A stretch of 39,294 nucleotides of DNA from a virus: UHGV virus genome UHGV-0210057; one strand, given 5' to 3'. A program made the translations under genes and the position numbers. The notes under the pieces were generated by a model. It had not been told where the DNA came from. It was given only the letters and a program-made list of their open reading frames with translations, and ran no database searches. This document shows, piece by piece, positions 38,270 through 39,294 of the stretch; positions within the stretch are counted from its first letter, which is position 1; every line of letters starts with the position of its first letter.

Positions 38270-38959
38270 CTACCCATGCTTCCTATATGTCTGCGGCATG
38301 CTCCCAATAACCTTACCGAAGATGAACACCCGGTTCATCTCGTCTTTCTCGATCGGGTCCCACGGTGAGTAGCTTTTGTTATCAGAGATGACCAGCAGCT
38401 TATCCTTCATCATTTGCAGGCGCTTTACATGGGCTGTGTCGTCGTACAGAAACGCATAGATACCATCACCGTCGAAAGATTTAACTGTGATATCAACGAA
38501 CAGCAGATCACCTGGTTCGATCGTTCCTGACATGCTGTCACCACGCACGTTAATGATGCGGATATTTTCCGCCTTCCTACCATCGAACATGTGACGAGCA
38601 TCGTCAAACGAGTACTCAACCGAGCGTAGAACTTCTACAAACTCACGGTTGATGACTCCCGGCCCAGCACTGACTTCTATATCAAGAACGTCAATCTTAA
38701 AGTATTTGGAATGGCTGACAGTTGATAGTATTGGTTGCACTGTACTGTCTGACATATTTCCAACGCCAGAAGATAACCATTCTGCGCGCACACCCAAAGC
38801 GTTCGCGATCTCCACGATTTTAGTTGTTTGGTTAGCTTTCCCTGTTTCGATTTTCTGAATAGCAGCTTGGCTAACCCCGACCAAATCCCCAAGCGCCTTT
38901 TGTGTAAGGCCTCGCGCTAATCTGGCTTCTTTAAGTCTTTCTGAGAGTGTTGTTTTCAT
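38270..38959 (-). CDS. cI: CI-type prophage repressor (HTH-XRE plus S24 LexA-like peptidase domain)
   Basis: 229 aa from MKTTLSERLKEARLARGLTQKALGDLVGVSQAAIQKIETGK (HTH); C-terminal S24 autocleavage motifs (VRGDSM ... GD.L.VD ... K.L); divergent from cro. Confidence 0.85.
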   Translation of the reverse strand: MKTTLSERLKEARLARGLTQKALGDLVGVSQAAIQKIETGKANQTTKIVEIANALGVRAEWLSSGVGNMSDSTVQPILSTVSHSKYFKIDVLDIEVSAGPGVINREFVEVLRSVEYSFDDARHMFDGRKAENIRIINVRGDSMSGTIEPGDLLFVDITVKSFDGDGIYAFLYDDTAHVKRLQMMKDKLLVISDNKSYSPWDPIEKDEMNRVFIFGKVIGSMPQTYRKHG

Positions 38960-39000
38960 AGTCCAAATGTACAACCAAGGTTTTATTCCATCAAACGAAA

Positions 39001-39036
39001 ATGGTTGTTGACTAAAAACAACCATAGTTTTAATCT
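39001..39036 (+). promoter_or_regulatory. OR operator palindrome overlapping the PR promoter
   Basis: Perfect 9-7-9 palindrome ATGGTTGTT-GACTAAA-AACAACCAT at 39001-39025; -35 TTGACT (39008-39013), 17-bp spacer, -10 TAATCT (39031-39036); GGAGG RBS before the cro ATG at 39064. Confidence 0.6.
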
Positions 39037-39063
39037 TGATTCAAATTAACCACGGAGGTTGTT

Positions 39064-39294
39064 ATGAACCCAGCTATCAAAACAGCGATCAATATCGTTG
39101 GTTCACAAAAGAAACTGGGCGCTGCCTGCGAAGTTTCACAGCAGGCCGTCTATAAGTGGCTTCACAACAAAGCAAAGGTATCCCCTGAACATGTCGGCAG
39201 CATTGTTACGGCTACTGGTGGAGTAGTGAAGGCATACCAGATTCGCCCGGATCTTCCGAAGTTGTTTCCACACACCGAAAAGAACGCAGCTTAA
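39064..39294 (+). CDS. cro: Cro-like repressor (Cro/YdaS-type HTH)
   Basis: 76 aa; HTH motif GSQKKLGAACEVSQQAVYKWL; divergent from cI across the operator; the window ends at its stop codon. Confidence 0.8.
   Translation: MNPAIKTAINIVGSQKKLGAACEVSQQAVYKWLHNKAKVSPEHVGSIVTATGGVVKAYQIRPDLPKLFPHTEKNAA

Noticed and set aside
37760-38270. Search for an N antiterminator gene between cI and kil
   Set aside because: No ORF with an RBS or an Arg-rich N-terminus on the minus strand in this interval; only hairpins, operators and the PL promoter.

Overview
This 39.3-kb window reads as a near-complete, circularly permuted genome of a temperate mosaic enterobacterial phage or prophage; no host chromosomal genes are recognisable. 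The immunity region is split across the window ends (CI and Cro at the 3' end; a BoxA-like site and a cII-position gene at the 5' end). Four modules are present. (i) Lambda-like early and replication genes: O with five ori iterons, P, Ren; Exo, Bet, Gam, a Kil-like gene; CI-type repressor and Cro flanking palindromic operators. (ii) A DLP12/phage-21-like nin-Q-lysis block: NinB/YbcN, NinE, YbcO, RusA, Q, pinholin, SAR endolysin, Rz/Rz1. It carries morons: an EmrE efflux pump, a secreted alpha/beta-hydrolase, and an NmpC-like porin with an IS inserted just upstream. (iii) A P22/Sf6-like podovirus virion module: TerS, TerL, portal, scaffold, coat, gp4, gp10, knobbed tail needle, gp14, ejection proteins gp7/gp20/gp16, Mnt, tailspike. 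(iv) An integration and lysogenic-conversion block: acyltransferase-3 (O-antigen acetylase-like), P4-type integrase, AlpA-type excisionase, and a tRNA 3'-end-like attP core. The most unusual points are the absence of an N antiterminator gene despite a long structured PL leader and an rrn-type BoxA, and several uncharacterised accessory genes (a lipoprotein in the sieA position, the secreted esterase, small-ORF clusters) that are candidates for superinfection exclusion or host modification. All calls come from reading the sequence and the ORF track against recalled protein families; no database search or folding program was run, and non-ORF coordinates may be off by a few bases.
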